Shown here: positions 63,240-64,000 of the stretch, one piece after another
Layout: every line of letters begins with the position of its first letter
Position numbering within the stretch: position 1 is the stretch's first letter
Assembly: GCA_965661285.1 (NCBI GenBank)
Contig: CBFIDD010000001.1
Location: 500,852-564,851, forward strand
Origin: Poseidonia sp.
GTDB lineage: Archaea; Thermoplasmatota; Poseidoniia; Poseidoniales; Poseidoniaceae
Length of the DNA stretch: 64,000 nucleotides
Reading direction: 5' to 3'
Notes under the pieces: model-generated
Seen by the model: the letters and a program-made list of their open reading frames with translations, nothing else
Told to the model about the DNA's origin: nothing
Database searches by the model: none
Position numbers and translations under genes: made by a program

Positions 63240-64000
63240 GTGTATCGAGTCTTCAAACCAGCAACCGTCTCTTCAGAGGGGCTGGTGGAACATGCGCAAG
63301 ACGCTACAGCTCCTGAAGGACTGATGTTCTTCCACGCCAAGGAAGGTCGGCCCTTAGCCACACCTTGGCAGGTGGCCGCGCTGCGTGCCCAAACGGTGAA
63401 CAAACATACCCTACCGGCCGGCGTGGTGGTGGATTGTGCCTGCGGCAGTGGCATTCAGCTCGCCGCTTACGCTACGGTTCTGCAACGTCCTGTCCTCGGC
63501 GTGGAACTCGTGGAAGACCGAGCCAGAGCGAGCGCCGTCAACCTGCAAACCGTCGCCGACCACACCCAAGCGAATGGACGTGATTGGTTCGTGCAAAGTT
63601 CCGTCTTGGCCGGCGATGGGACTGCGGCAGAAGACGTGCTTGCGGGAGTTGAAGGCATCGATGCTGGTGTGGCCTTTCTCCACCTCGACCCTGCTCGACC
63701 ACGAAACAGTCGCAACCACGCGCTTGAGGAGATGCAACCACCGCTCCATACCGTGATTGAAGCATGGGTGCCGCAGTTTACCGCCTCGCCCGAAGGCCCC
63801 GCACTTCTGCTCGACCTCTCACCTCGGCTGTCCGCTTCTCAACGAGATGAGGTGGAGGCCATTGTGGACCGTATCCGCCCCGGTCTTGCAAGAACCTGGG
63901 AGTGGACCTCCCGGGGCCGAGGACGCGTGGACCGCCTTGCGCTCTGGCTTGGTGGTGTAGCGCAGCCCGGTGTAGCACGCAGATTTGTACGCGTCCCCTC
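63240..64000 (+). CDS. Class I SAM-dependent methyltransferase (3' end outside window)
   Basis: Read manually: GTG start after a GAGGTGA SD; LATPWQVA, VVDCACGSG (motif I), LGVEL, LHLDPARP; open to the window end. Confidence 0.8.
   Translation, partial: MYRVFKPATVSSEGLVEHAQDATAPEGLMFFHAKEGRPLATPWQVAALRAQTVNKHTLPAGVVVDCACGSGIQLAAYATVLQRPVLGVELVEDRARASAVNLQTVADHTQANGRDWFVQSSVLAGDGTAAEDVLAGVEGIDAGVAFLHLDPARPRNSRNHALEEMQPPLHTVIEAWVPQFTASPEGPALLLDLSPRLSASQRDEVEAIVDRIRPGLARTWEWTSRGRGRVDRLALWLGGVAQPGVARRFVRVP

Overview
Gene-dense archaeal chromosomal segment (GC roughly 55-60%, judged by eye). Archaeal markers include PolD large subunit, PriL, Hjc, MC1, Sec61beta, Lhr, XerA and MptE. These, together with an A1-type heme-copper oxidase operon, a PlsC-like acyltransferase and very large single-pass surface proteins (TSP3, CARDB, PA14/LamG), point to Marine Group II Thermoplasmatota (Poseidoniales); this assignment is inference. 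I call about 52 CDS (two run off the window edges) and one tRNA-Ser(UGA). I see no IS, provirus, intein or CRISPR array. Most notable is the cytochrome oxidase operon (40982-47579), where four of five proteins carry extra modules: CoxI has a secreted Reeler-like domain with a CxCH motif; CoxII has a ~100-aa insert; CoxIII has a His-rich extension; and SCO has two DUF4430-like domains and an EGF-like module inserted between its CxxxC and His copper ligands. Other highlights are a chromatin-like cluster (Lrp-LBD, MC1, XerA, a small Cys/His basic protein and an HhH/H1-like protein), a membrane-anchored SAP protein, a RimK-RCK_C fusion, nested domain insertions in surface proteins, and a recurring non-canonical TATA-position element TT(C/G)A(A/T)N at about -30..-24 from start codons. 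All domain calls come from motif recognition by eye; no searches were run.
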